From the NCBI GenBank assembly GCA_951406725.2, contig OX597818.1, positions 41,478,001-41,542,000 of the forward strand: a DNA stretch of 64,000 nucleotides, written 5' to 3'. This document shows, one piece after another, positions 26,758 through 39,630 of this stretch. The stretch is from Octopus vulgaris (lineage: Eukaryota). The position numbers and the translations under genes were made by a program. The notes beneath the pieces were generated by a model, which was not told the origin of the DNA, did no database searches, and saw only the letters and a list, made by a program, of their open reading frames with translations. Positions within the stretch are counted from its first letter, which is position 1. Each line of letters starts with the position of its first letter.

Positions 26758-27482
26758 TTCAAAGTAAACCGGCTGAAGGCAACGGGAAATTGCTGTTGTA
26801 CCGTTTCCAAGATAAAATCATAAATCTTCTGATTTTGGCCTGAAGATCCATAATCGTTAATGTGTATAGGCATAGCACAAAAGAGAGAGAAACAACAGAG
26901 TTTGCCATAAATGATCATAGCTTTTCACAAAAAAGTTTGTCTTTCATCCTTTCGGAGTCAATAAAATAAGTACCAGTTGAACCCTGGGTCGATGTAATCG
27001 ATTTAACCCCTCCCGCGAAACTGTTGGCCTTTAAAACCAATATTTGTGACTATTATGTTTATACTGTATTCAATATAACTTGAATAAGTATACGATATGA
27101 AACGCATCTAGAAATGAAGTAACAACAAAGGATATAGTTCTGCGTGGTTTATATCTATATAAACCATCCATTTCATCGAAACCAACTTAAACAAGCATAT
27201 CGTCTCATTCGTTGGCTGATATATATCCATGTCTAAAATCTATAGCTAACTTTGAACAGTTAATTCCCAACAATTCCCTTGGCAATCCGATAGCAGCTGA
27301 ATGTGATTTCTGCTTTATTTGGAAAGCGAATCGAATAACGAAACATTGCTGATTTCTACTTGTTATTGTAGTTATCAAAATAACTGTATTAACACTTAAG
27401 AATAACATGAACTTCATTTTGTCTTCTTTTTCTTCTTCTTCTTCTTCTTCTTCTTCTTCTTCTTCTTCTTCTTCTTCTTCTT

Positions 27483-27514
<32 letters not shown>

Positions 27515-27592
27515 CTTATCATTTCCACATTCTCTTTTCTTTTCTCTTCTTTTACACTCTACTTTCTGACTATCTGTCTGTCTGTCTGCCTG

Positions 27593-27632
<40 letters not shown>

Positions 27633-29046
27633 TCTTCTTCTTCTTATTCTCCTCCTCCTCCTCCTCCTCCTTCTTCTTCTTTGTCGTCTTCCTCTTCTCG
27701 TCCATATTTCTTCTTTTCCTCATTTTCCTTTTCCTTTTTCTCCTTGTTCTCGCTCTTATATCTTCTTCTTCTTCTTCCGCCGCTGCTGCTGCTGCTGCTG
27801 TGCTACTGCTGCTTCTGTTTCCATTTCTTCTTTTTCTTCTGCTTCTTCTCTGTTTTATTATTGTTGTTGTTGTTGTTGTTGTTGTTGTTATCATTCATCT
27901 TCGTCTTCTTTTTCACTTTCCCTCTCCATCTCTCTCCTTCCGTATTTGCTTTGTTTTGTTTTCTCTGCTTAATTTTGTTTGCTTTGTGGACAATCCCTCC
28001 TCACTCGATATAGGAAGTGACAACGAACGCAAGACAAATACAAAATGGCGTCTTCTCAAATACAAACGTGGCAGAAGTCAAGTTCTTCACAGTCGTTCAG
28101 CTAAGCATTAACGAACATGCAAACAGCTTAGTTCCAGTTCTAAGCTCTCGGTAGCAAAAAAGAAAAAAAAAGAAAAAAAGACGAAAAATAAATATAATAA
28201 AACGAAAACAAATAATAAAACGGGGAAAGAGGGAAAGATATTTGGGAAGAAAAGACAGTGAAGCAAAGAAACAGAAAAATAATTTCGAAGAAAAAATGTT
28301 TATATGTGTATGTATATGTGTGTGAATATTTATCTATACTCAAAGAAGTATGTATGTATATTTGCATATAAGTATGTATGTATGTATGTATGTATGTATG
28401 TATGTATGTATGTATGTATGTATGTATGTATGTATGTATATTTGCATATAAGTATGTATGTATGTATGTACGTATGTACGTATGTATGTATGTATGTATG
28501 TATGTATGTATTTATGTATGTGTATGTGTATGTGCACGTATATGTGTATTTATTTATTTATTTATGCAAGTGTGCGGGGAGAAGAAAAGAAAAAAGGCCT
28601 AAAAGAAAGAAATGAAAAAATAATGAAAGAAAAAAAGCCGAGAGAGAGAGAAAGAGAAAGACATACAAAAAATATGATGAAAACCAAAGTAAAAAAAAAA
28701 AAAATTCATATGTCGAATATGACAAGAAAGACTTACATTTAATATTTTACTTTTGTTCAGCAACGGAAAACAAAATCTTATCAAATGGGGAAAAGAAAGA
28801 AAATTTCTGTTTATTTTATTTTTATTTTATTTTATCTATTCGTTTAGTATTTTTATCATTGCCGAGAGAGTGTGAGGTAAAGAAATGGGAGGAAAGACAA
28901 ACCGATAGAAGAGAGAAAAGCAAAAAGCAAATAGAACGATTTTTTTTCTTTAAATGTCAAAGCACAATCAGTTCTATCGAATGAGATTGAAACTCAAAAA
29001 TACCATAGAAGAATATTTTTTCCAGCGCCTTATTTTGCTACATGCT

Positions 29047-29079
<33 letters not shown>

Positions 29080-29418
29080 TATATATATATATATGCGCAG
29101 GAGTGGGTGTGTGGTAAGTAGCTTGCTTACCAACCACATGGTTCCAAGTTCATTCCCACTGCGTGGCACCTTGGGCAAGTGTCTTCTACAAAAGCCTCGG
29201 GCGACCAAAGCCTTGTGGGTGGATTTCGTAGACGGAAACTGAAAGAAGCCCGTCGTATATATGTATATATATATATTATTATTAAATTAGAGATAAAACC
29301 ACTATTAGGCAAATCAAACAATGAAAAACATAAGCCAATACATAAAATTAATTAATTTATATTATTTTAAATATATATCAAAAGTATTAAAAGTTTAATA
29401 AAAAATAAAGAGTAAAAC

Positions 29419-29485
29419 ACTGCGATCGTTTCATGGCTGTACAATTCGTAATAATTCGAGTTATGGTTACAGTCAATCTTCAGGT
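29419..29485 (-). ncRNA. Degenerate type I hammerhead motif related to the 9721-9807 copy
   Basis: Minus strand: AC-CTGAAGA-t-TGACTGTA...TACAGCCA-t-GAAAC-GATC-GCA-GT. Core and loop III match 9721-9807, but the triplet is GCA and stem I is weak. Confidence 0.6.
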
Positions 29486-29521
29486 TAATTGAAATATTTA
29501 TCTTAGCGAGGTTTAGCAATG

Positions 29522-29623
<102 letters not shown>

Positions 29624-29699
29624 TGTATGTATGTGTGTGTATATGCTTGTGTGTCTGTGTTTGTCCCCCCAGCGTCGCTTGATAGATAGATAGATAGAC

Positions 29700-29776
<77 letters not shown>

Positions 29777-30330
29777 CGACGGGCTTCTTTCAGTTTCCGT
29801 CTACCAAATCTACTCACAGTCGGCCCGATACTATAGTAGAAGGTACTACACAGTGGGACCGAACCCAGAACCTTGTGGTTGTGAAGTAAACTTTTTGCGA
29901 CACAAACACGCATGCGCCTATATATATATACATATATTATATGTACGCATGTATTTGTGTGTGTGTGTGTGTGTGTGTGTATTCTAATGTATTTGCCGGA
30001 CTGATGACAGGGCTGCTATTCGGTTGCCTGACCTGCTAAAAATAGCAAACATATATCCTTAGTATCACAACGCTATCATCTTACGACAAAAAAAATACAC
30101 ATTTGATAATCGTGGTCTTAGATACACGACGTAGACGAAATGGTCACACTCAGAACGCCTTTAATGAAAGGTACGTCCATTGGAAACAAACCTAGAAAAT
30201 TACTATTTTTAAATTTCACAACGAGAGATATTCAGCAACAGTACTCTGGAGTAAAGACTGTTTAACCTGGAGTTAAACAACATAATCTCATACTGCTTGC
30301 TGTTGCAACTACTACTACTACTAGTAGTAG

Positions 30331-30366
<36 letters not shown>

Positions 30367-30848
30367 AACGACGACGATGACTACTACTGTTGCTACTGCT
30401 ACCACTACTACTTCTGCTGCTGTTGCTGTTGCGTTTGTCATTTGTTTTAATGTCAGTTACAGGAGAATACCAATGTTTTAAAGCTAACAGAAACGCCAAA
30501 CTAAATGTTAAATGAGACAAAATAATAATAATAAGCGTACCTTTTTTTTCCGAATTACAAGAATTTATTCTTTAAAGACAGTAAATTGAAAGAATCTTTA
30601 GAACATCGAATGGAAAGACTCGTGGTAATATTTTGAGGGTTCAAATCATACTGCGATTAACTATGCCTTTTATCCTTCTGCAGTCGATAAGTACAGTAAG
30701 AGAGGTAAATTTTATCTGTTGCAGGGGTAAACGTCACTATTTAGGTGTCTTTACTAGAGTGTTTCTGTTTCAAGAATTCGGGCTAAGTCTCTGATTTAAA
30801 CTAACTTCCTATCTTCCTTCCAACGGTTTCAGAAACTCTAAAATAATC

Positions 30849-31229
30849 TTTTCTACTGTAAGCACAAGGCCCGAAATTTGGGGGGAAGAGGCCAGTCGGT
30901 TAGATTGACCCCAGTACACAACTGGTACTTAATTTATCGACCCCGAAAGACTGAAAGGCAAAGTCGGCCTCGGCGGAATTTGAACTCAGAACGTAAAGAC
31001 AGACAAAATACCTATTTCTTTACTACCCACAACGGGCTAAACACAGAGGGGACAAATAAGGACAGACAAACAGATTAAGTCTATTTTATCGACCCCAGTG
31101 CGTAACTGGTACCTATTTAATCGACCCCGAAAGGATGAAAGGCAAAGTTGACCTCGGCGGAATTCGAACTCAGAACGGAGCGACGGTCGAAATACCGCTA
31201 AGCTTACGTATCTGCGAGCTCGCCTCCTT
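30849..31229 (-). mobile_element. SINE family 2 dimer
   Basis: Two copies of cgaccccgaaag..gaaaggcaaagt..cctcggcggaatt..aactcagaacg with the standard junction tacctatttctttactac. Confidence 0.8.
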
Positions 31230-31413
31230 AGAAGCTCTAAAATAATATAAGGGCCATGGGTGCTGCCCTTGCTTACCTGACTAAACTGTAAAACACACAA
31301 AATATATAGAACTGGATGAACTTTAAAATTCTGGGGTTGTTGGTACAGCACCATTTGATAGGGCACACGCGTACACACACATAAACATACACATACACAC
31401 AGGTATGCATGCA

Positions 31414-31500
<87 letters not shown>

Positions 31501-31764
31501 AGGCGGTGAGCTGGCAGAATCGTTAGCACGCTGGACGAAATGCTTAGTGGTATTTCGCCCGTCGCTAGGTTCTGAGTTCAAATTCCGCAGAGGTCGACTT
31601 TGCCTTTCATCCTTTTGAAGTCGATAAATTATGTACCAGTCAAGTATTGGAGTCGATGTGATCGACTGTCCCTCTCCCTACTAAAATCCAGGCCTTGTGC
31701 CCATAGTAGAAAGGATTATTATTATCATTATTAGTAATAGTAGTAGTTGCAGAAGTAGTAGTGC

Positions 31765-31996
31765 TTCGCACAGCTTCTAACGCTGGAGATGTATTACAGT
31801 GTCAGCTGTTCACTACCAGTGAACCAAGGTAACACCTCTTATTTTTCGAGCACTTCCCGGAATATTCGAGCGGTTCCAAGCAGTGCTGTTTTCTGCAAGT
31901 GCTCCACCCTTATTGCAGCCCTTATTTGTTCCACGTACTTCTCGAGATTTTTGCTCACTGTTCCCAGGGCTCCGACAATTATTGGTACAACTGCAC
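31765..31996 (-). mobile_element. Dong/R4-clade non-LTR retrotransposon 3' end (RLE C-terminus plus 3' UTR)
   Basis: Minus-strand frame VVPIIVGALGTVSKNLEKYVEQIRAAIRVEHLQKTALLGTARIFREVLEK*, a typical restriction-like endonuclease C-terminus. Embedded in (TAA)n/(TAC)n tracts. Confidence 0.75.
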
Positions 31997-32016
31997 TATT
32001 ATTATTATTATTATTA

Positions 32017-32054
<38 letters not shown>

Positions 32055-33134
32055 TTGCCTTACATCTTTTCGGGGTCGATTAAATAAGTACCAGTTACAC
32101 ACTGGGGTCGATATAATCGACTTAATCCGTTTGTATGTCCTTGTTTTCCCCCTCTGTGTGTAGCCTCTTGTGGGCAGTAAAGAAATTATTATTATTATTA
32201 TTATTATATTATTATTATTATTATTATTATAAAGATATAAACTTAATAAACAATAAAAAGTGACTAAAAAAGGGAGCCTTATCGACAACACACCACCAGA
32301 CAAAAGTCTTGTTATATATTTTAACCAAAGAATTTGTTTGAAATCACCGCCATTCTTGACTGTACAGGTATAATAGTTATTATTATATTACTTCTAAGCT
32401 TAGTTCAGTGGGTTTCACGTGACGGTGTGTGGTTGGATAAGAGAGAGCTTGTTCGTAGCTTGTAGTTTGTAGCTTATAGCTTGCTTGCATCGTTCTGTCT
32501 GCCAATGGCAGCAGAAGCAGACCTTACAGAGCCTGCCAGAATGCATTAGGAAGGCAACCCACTTATAGATTTTAGCGTCGTTAATCTGTTTTTGCAAAAC
32601 AAAAATGAAAAGAAAAGAGAGCAGAGCGGAACAGAAATGCTCTCTCAGACAGACAAACGCAATTAAATCGACAAGATAAACTTAAGAGGATTTCACAATC
32701 GTCTTATTCTCTCTCTCTCTTTCTTTCTACCCCTCTTTTTCCTACTCTCTCTCCCCCTCTTTTTCATACTCTCTGTCTCCCTCTTTTCCCTACTCTCTCT
32801 TACTCTTTCTCTATTTTTCTCTCTCTCACTTTCTTTATTTCCCCCCCTCTCTCTCTCTCTCTCTATTTTCCTCACTCTTTCTGTCTCTCTGTCTCTCTGT
32901 CTCTGTCTTTCTCTCTATCTTTCTGTGTCTCACTCTCTTTCTCTCTCTCTCCTTCTATCTCTCTATCCCTCTTTTTCCTACTCTCTTTCCCTCTTCTTCA
33001 TACTCTCTGTCCCCCTCTTTTCCTTACTCTCTCTTACTCTTTCTCTATTTTCTCTCTCTCACTTTCTTTATTTTCCCCTCTCTCTCTCGATTTTCCTCAC
33101 TCTTTCTCTCTCTCTCCCCCCCTCTCTCTCTCTC

Positions 33135-33166
<32 letters not shown>

Positions 33167-33538
33167 CCTCTCTCTCCCTCTCCATTTCTCTAAGAATTAC
33201 ATATCTAAACATGTCTTTCATTTTTCTCTATTTCCATCTTTTCTCTTCCTACTCCTCCCACCTCCCTTCATGTTACAATTTGCTTCGTTTCACTGACTTT
33301 GTTTCCTAGTTTGCTTGTTACTTCTTTTGTCTAAATACATTCGATCATGTAAGATTTGTGCATATTCTTCATTCTTAACTTTCATTCTTTCCATCCTAAC
33401 TTTTTCTTCGTTCTCCACTTCTTTTCCAACCTTGCTTGTCCTATCCTTCCACCTTCATTTACATCTCTTACCAGATCTATCCTTTCCCCTTTCTCATTTT
33501 CCCCCTACTTTTCCTCCTCCAATATGTTGCCCATAATT

Positions 33539-33569
<31 letters not shown>

Positions 33570-33570
<1 letters not shown>

Positions 33571-33718
33571 AAGAAAACAAAAAATGGAACACGAACATAA
33601 CAGGCGACAGCAAAACATCCGGACAGTTAGACGATACAAAGATACAAAAATAAAGACGCATTATTCGGAGCTTCCTATCCTCAGTCGAGTTCCAGATCAT
33701 CGACGCAGTTTCGGCCGG

Positions 33719-33720
<2 letters not shown>
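33570..33720 (-). mobile_element. (TA)n-flanked repeat (family B) with the 3' half of a hammerhead-like motif
   Basis: The minus strand starts aaccggcc-GAAAC-TGC-GTC. Shares catccggacaRYtag and gacgatacaaag with 49653-49806 and 61572-61630. Confidence 0.45.
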
Positions 33721-33755
<35 letters not shown>

Positions 33756-33909
33756 CGAAGTCCTGTTTTTCTCTTCTCTCTATTAGTTTCCGTTTCTGTA
33801 TGTTTTTTGCTTCTCTCTATATATTTCTCTTTAACACTATCTCCTTGCTCTCTACTTCCCTATTTTTCTCCTCTTTCGCACTATATCTTCCTTTTCATTC
33901 TCATCTATC

Positions 33910-33947
<38 letters not shown>

Positions 33948-34571
33948 TCTACCTCACCCTGTCTCTTTCCTTCTTTCTCTTATACTTATACATCTTGTTT
34001 ATTCCCATTGCACTTTACCGTGCAAAATCTCTTTGGATTCCTCTCTCCGCCGCCGCCACCCTCTTCATCGTTATGGGATTGTGGCATTCCATATTTCGAG
34101 ATTGTTTACAAGACAACATCAGACATATCATGTACGCTTTGTATATACATATGTAATACATGTTTACATTATAATATATCTGATTATTTGAGTGTGCGTA
34201 GATGTATGAGTAGATGCGTATTACACATACTAGTGTGTGTGTGTGTGTGCATGTGTGCGCGCATGTGTGTGTGAGTGTGTGCGCGTGTGTGTGTGTATGT
34301 GCAAGCATAACAGTGTGAGTGTATGTGTGTACGTGTGAGTGTATGTGTGTGTGGGGGGGTATAAGTGTATGAATGTGTGTGCGCATGTGCAGAAAAATAA
34401 GTGCAACCACAAGCAAGCACATAGACGAATAGACGTGTGTGTACGCGCGCGCGTGTGCAAGCATGATTGTGTGTATGTGTATGAGTGAGTATATGTATGT
34501 GCGTATGTCTATCCGTGTATGCGAACATGTCTGTGTGTGAGTGTGTGTGCGTGTGTGTACGTGTGTGTGTG

Positions 34572-34630
<59 letters not shown>

Positions 34631-35102
34631 CTTAAAAGGAATTTTATGTATGCAGAACAAGATATAAAGTGGAAATGCCTGCAAGAGAACTCTATGTTAT
34701 AGCTTTAATTCACAATTTGCTTTACTCGTGTTGCTATTGCCATTGAAAAGGCATGAACATCACAACACTTTCAGAAAAATTCCATTTTAGTGATGAAGAT
34801 ACCATATAGAGTTACAGAATTAATAACTTAGTGATCTGCTGGTGAGCTCTAAAAATCCTACTTTCAATCAATGTTCAGTAATTTTGACACCATAGTTATT
34901 TCCCTTGTCTTTTTTTGCCAGAAGTAATCATTCTTTACCCTTCTTTTAACTTTTATCTTGTACCTGTTTCAGACAATGAACAGCGACCATGCTGGGGCAC
35001 AGCCTTAAGATGATCTCAGTCAAACTAATTGCCCCAGTATTAAAATTTTTTAAAGGTTTTTACTTATACTATTGGGCTCTTTTGCCGAACTGCAGTGTGT
35101 GA

Positions 35103-35190
<88 letters not shown>

Positions 35191-35249
35191 TAAAGAGTGA
35201 GATAAAAATCCAAAGCTGTGAAAGATTTCAGAACATTTATAAATAGAAG

Positions 35250-35297
35250 GTCTTACAGCTGTTTCCGGGATATTTTATATATCCCTTCATCGGAGAC
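35250..35297 (-). ncRNA. Type I hammerhead ribozyme motif, U4C core variant
   Basis: Minus strand: GTCT-CCGATGA-a-GGGATAT ataaa ATATCCC-g-GAAAC-AGCT-GTA-AGAC. Stem I is 4 bp, stem II is 7 bp and the loop AGCT is palindromic. The element lies between (GT)n and (TA)n tracts. Confidence 0.7.
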
Positions 35298-35387
35298 GGT
35301 GTGAGGAGATGGTTAAGCAATAGTTATTCTAGATAAGATATGAAATAAAGAGTGAAGTAGAGGAATGAAAATAGACGTGAGATATGC

Positions 35388-35461
<74 letters not shown>

Positions 35462-35921
35462 TACCTATAACCATAGCCAAGACACTTTGCTTTCAACTGT
35501 AATGGCAAAGTAAAGTGCTGCTCCAAGCGGCACACACGTCAGCTACGCCACTGAGATTCAGTTTATTGACTAATGGTTATCGGTTAGTATTGAGGATACA
35601 CTGCAATCAAGATGCTTAACTCTTAAGCATAGTGTCCTTCCCGTTATAATTTGTATAACAGGAGAGCAACATTTCAGCTATGTAGATCATAAAGGCGCCT
35701 CTTAAAGGGAATCCATCATGCAGTTATGATATCCAGTTGGAGACAAGTTCTGTGAACACTTTTGTCTAAAATACTCTCTTGTAGAACAGTATATATTCTT
35801 CATTATTGATATTATTTACATTTGACGGATATTTGTCCTCATCTTGTTTGTTGTTAACACAGCGTTAACAGCAAACAAGATAAGGACAAATATCCGCCAA
35901 ATGTAAATAATGTCAATAATA

Positions 35922-36337
35922 GGCATAGGAGTGGCTGTGTGATAAGTAGCTTGCTTACGAACCACATGGTTCCGGGTTCAGTCCCACTGCGTGGCATCTT
36001 GGACAAATGCTTTCTACTATAGCCTCGGGCCGACCAAAGCCTTGTGAGTGGATTTCGTAGACGGAAACTGAAAGAAGCCCGCCGTATATATGTATATATA
36101 TATGTGTGAGTGTATATATGTTTGTGTGTCTGTGTTTGTCACCCCAACATCGCTTGACAACCGATGCTGGTATGTTTACGTCCCCGTAACTTAGCAGTTC
36201 GGCAAAAGAAACCGATAGAATAAGTACTAGGCTTACAAAGCATAAGTCCTGGGATCGATTTGTTCGACTAAAGGCGGTGCTCCAGCATGGCCACAGTCAA
36301 ATCATTGAAACTGGTAAAAGAGTAAAAGAGTAAGAGT
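35922..36337 (+). mobile_element. SINE family 1 copy nested in a fold-back element
   Basis: Colinear with 59678-60082. Confidence 0.85.
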
Positions 36338-36404
36338 AATGTACATAATTCATTATCTCTTAAATATAGAACTGTAGTATATATTCATATATGTTATTTT
36401 TCAG

Positions 36405-36543
36405 AATTCATGGCCATCTTGTTTCAACGTATGAGAGCGCTTCTACTCGAAGATTCCGCTATGGTCGTGTGGACAATATCCGTGCCGCTTCTCCTGCTGC
36501 TCTGGAATGGGTCAAATCAATGACAGGAGAAACTAACATTCCG
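36405..36543 (+). CDS. ChAT: ChAT internal exon ([10 protein letters not shown] / GRVDNIR)
   Basis: ttatttttcAG / GTAAGA. Reads (K)[49 protein letters not shown] (36469-36477) is the ChAT-type motif; carnitine enzymes have TDT/TET there. 139 nt, phase 2 to 0. Confidence 0.95.
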
Positions 36544-36642
36544 GTAAGAAGTTCTGGTTAAATATTCTTACGAAGATGTACTTCCGATTATGCTCGACAC
36601 ATGCACACGCACATCACATCATATATATTTATATATGTATAA

Positions 36643-36683
<41 letters not shown>

Positions 36684-36738
36684 TGTATATAAATATATAT
36701 ATATATTGGTGTGTATGAATTCTCCCTATATATATATA

Positions 36739-37200
36739 GGGAGAATTCACACAAAAAAACAAAAGACGAAGGTAGGTGGTGTAGACAACAAACAGATGTA
36801 TTAGTTTAACGCTCGGGAAGTGAAAACATTTTTAACGTTTCGAGCCTACGCTCTTTCACAGAAAGGAACACAAAAAGAAACAAGGAGAGAAAATAAAGAA
36901 TGTCTAGTGGTTAACGATCTTACATGGCGAATGCCGGACAGAAGGGTCACACTGGAGAGCTAGGAAGAAGGGGAGATAATAAAGTAGTGGTGATCCCAAA
37001 ACGAAGGTGCACGTGCGTGTGTATAAGAGAGTATGTATGTGCGTGTGGAAGAGGGCTGGTGTCCTTGACTTGTGCGTGTGTGTATGTGTAGGTGTGAAGA
37101 TGTGGGGCTAAGAATTAGTCAGTGCTCGTGTGTGCGTGGTGGTGTGATGTGATGTAATGTGTTGTGCGGTATGATGCTGTAAGGTGTAGTGGTATGTGGT
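36739..37200 (-). mobile_element. Longest family A remnant, hammerhead-like motif at 36830-36865
   Basis: Reverse complement reads CTTT-CTGTGAA-A-GAGCGTAGGCTC-GAAAC-GTT-AAAA. Colinear with 10351-10650. The 3' end gtgaattctccc runs into (TA)n. Confidence 0.62.
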
Positions 37201-37237
37201 GTGATGTGATCATATATATATATATACACATACACAC

Positions 37238-37510
37238 GGCGGAATTTGAACTCAGAACGTAACGGCAGACGAAATACCTATTTCTTTACTACTCACAAGG
37301 AGCTAAACACAGAGAGGACAAACAAGGACAGACAAGTGGAGTAAGTTGATAATATTGACCCTAGTGCGCAACTGGTACTTAATTTATCGACCCTGAAAGG
37401 ATGAAAGGCAAAGTTGACCTCGGCGGAATTTGAACTCAGAACGTAACGGCAGACGAAATGCGGCTACACATTTCGCCCGGCGTACTAACGTTTCTGCCAG
37501 CTCGCCGCCT
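37238..37510 (-). mobile_element. SINE family 2, one full unit plus a truncated second unit
   Basis: Standard dimer junction gacgaaatacctatttctttact at about 37268-37290. Confidence 0.8.
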
Positions 37511-37618
37511 TTTTATGCAGGAAAATAACAAGAAACTGTATAAAATCATGCAATTTCTACGAGTCTTAATATTATTAAATAACCATTGTTTATTCATTAA
37601 TTTTATTTGTTTAATCAG

Positions 37619-37681
37619 GACGAAGACAAAATGCGTCTTTTGAGGGCGGCCATGAAAACACAAACCGAAATCATGACACAG
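37619..37681 (+). CDS. ChAT: ChAT short internal exon
   Basis: tttgtttaatcAG / GTAAGA. Reads DEDKMRLLRAAMKTQTEIMTQ, matching the KxxLLRxAxxxQT helix. 63 nt, phase 0 to 0. Confidence 0.88.
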
Positions 37682-37815
37682 GTAAGAAGTTCTAGCAGTA
37701 CTTTGTTGTTTTAGAGAAATTAACGTTTCACTTTTCAGCTTTTAACAGTCATGTATGTCTAACCTCGTTTTCTCTGCTTCATTCATCACTGATATATGAT
37801 AACACAGTACGCTCA

Positions 37816-37903
37816 TTTGATTTTACGCGTATTACATAGTGATCTTTGATTTTACGCTTATTACAATGTGATCTTTGATTTTACGCTTATTACAAGGTGA
37901 TCT
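37816..37903. repeat. 29-bp minisatellite, three copies
   Basis: TTTGATTTTACGCKTATTACAnnGTGATC repeated three times. Confidence 0.9.
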
Positions 37904-38932
37904 GTGATAACACGGCTCAAAGATTTTGCTTGGCCCCCAAAAGCGCGTCCCAGCGACCATCTGCGATGCTCAATACAACTGTGGGTGTCCCGGAACGAAA
38001 CATGTTCTATCATTCTTTTATCACTGATTCATTTAACACAGTGCTCTTATTTTTTTTAACCAAACACCCGTGATAAACGAGGATAGATGTATAAGGCAGT
38101 CAACTAGTCCAAAGTAAAATAACGAATCATTAGAACTATATTGCTCTGATCCAGTCGTTACGATTCATCGCAAAGCCGTTACGACTCATCGTAACAGTAA
38201 AAGAGTATAATGTCTTGCCCAGACAATCAGCGGCAAATGCACTATAAATGAGAACACCATCTTTACAATTGCTTGTTTACACCTTCTTTCTTTTTGTTCT
38301 CTCTCCCCTCTCCTTCTCTCTCAATCTCCCTTTCTCCTTCCCTCCCCCTCTATCTATTAATCTACCTTCTTTTTTCCGTTTTTTTCCTCTTACAGATTAT
38401 ATTTTCATAACAAGATATATTCTAAGCAAAAGACATTTTACATTAAAATCCTATCGCCGAATATAAGTTGCGGTTATAACCCTTGTCTTAAGTAGAATTG
38501 TGACAGCACTAAACACCAGATACCAGGATCCAGAAGAGCCGAATCCATAAAATGCTTTTGGATCCCAACGGCAGATACTGTATTTCTGTCACCTTGTTAC
38601 TAAACAGAATCAATTAACCAAATTTTCGACGTCCAACTTATGTTATAATCGCAAACAATTCCGACCAAAATCTTCGGCTCGATATTAGCTCTCCAGATAT
38701 TTTGTTGCTCTCCACTACAGAAATCTCTGAGTCTCCCTTTCTTTCCCACTTCCGTCCTCACTTGTCTCTGCAGGGAGAGGGAGCTTTAAACAGCCATGGG
38801 CCCTTTCTCTTCCAACTAAGCCATAAAAATTCCGCTTTGAGTACATCTCATGAAGCTTGTATTAAAACTCTTGCAGTTTCTATTTTGTTTGGTCATTTTC
38901 TCTGATTGGGTTCTTTCCTTTCTTTGTTTCAG

Positions 38933-39070
38933 ACTATTCTCGGACAAGGTGTTGACGGTCACTTAATGGGATTAAGGGAAATAGCCAATGAAAAAGAACA
39001 GCCCCTCCCAGAAATATTCGCTGATGAATCCTATAAGCTGGCAAATCATTTCACACTATCTACTAGCCAA
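38933..39070 (+). CDS. ChAT: ChAT penultimate exon (GQGVDGHLMGL ... LSTSQ)
   Basis: tctttgtttcAG / GTAAGG. Reads TILGQGVDGHLMGLREIANEKEQPLPEIFADESYKLANHFTLSTSQ, with the conserved GxGxDxHL and LSTSQ motifs. 138 nt, phase 0 to 0. Confidence 0.94.
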
Positions 39071-39118
39071 GTAAGGATATTTTGGTTTTACGGTGACATA
39101 CTCTTTTATAAGTTTTGA

Positions 39119-39299
39119 TCTTTTACTTGTTTCAGTCATTTGACTGTGGCCATGCTGGAGCACCACCTTTAGTGGAGTAAATCGACCCCAGGACTTATTC
39201 TCTGGAAGCCTAGTACTTATTCTTTTGCCGAAACGCTAAGCCACGGGGACGTAAACACACCAGCATCGATTGTCAAGCGATGTTGGGGGACAAACACAG

Positions 39300-39385
<86 letters not shown>

Positions 39386-39428
39386 TTATATATACATAAA
39401 TAAATAATATATATATATATATATATAT

Positions 39429-39486
<58 letters not shown>

Positions 39487-39630
39487 GACGGGCTTCTTTC
39501 AGTTTCTGTCTACCAAACCAAATCCACTCACAAGGCTTTGGTCGGCCCGAAGCTATAGTAGAAGACACTTCTGAACCCGGAACCATGTGGTTGGTAAGCA
39601 ATTACTTACCACACAGCCACTCCTGTGCCT
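39119..39630 (-). mobile_element. SINE family 1 copy
   Basis: Reverse complement is colinear with family 1. Starts about 50 nt after the exon donor at 39071. Confidence 0.8.

Noticed and set aside
27407-28111. 234-aa ORF resembling a membrane protein (also 56897-57721)
   Set aside because: Made of (TCT)n, (TC)n, (GCT)n and (GTT)n tracts.
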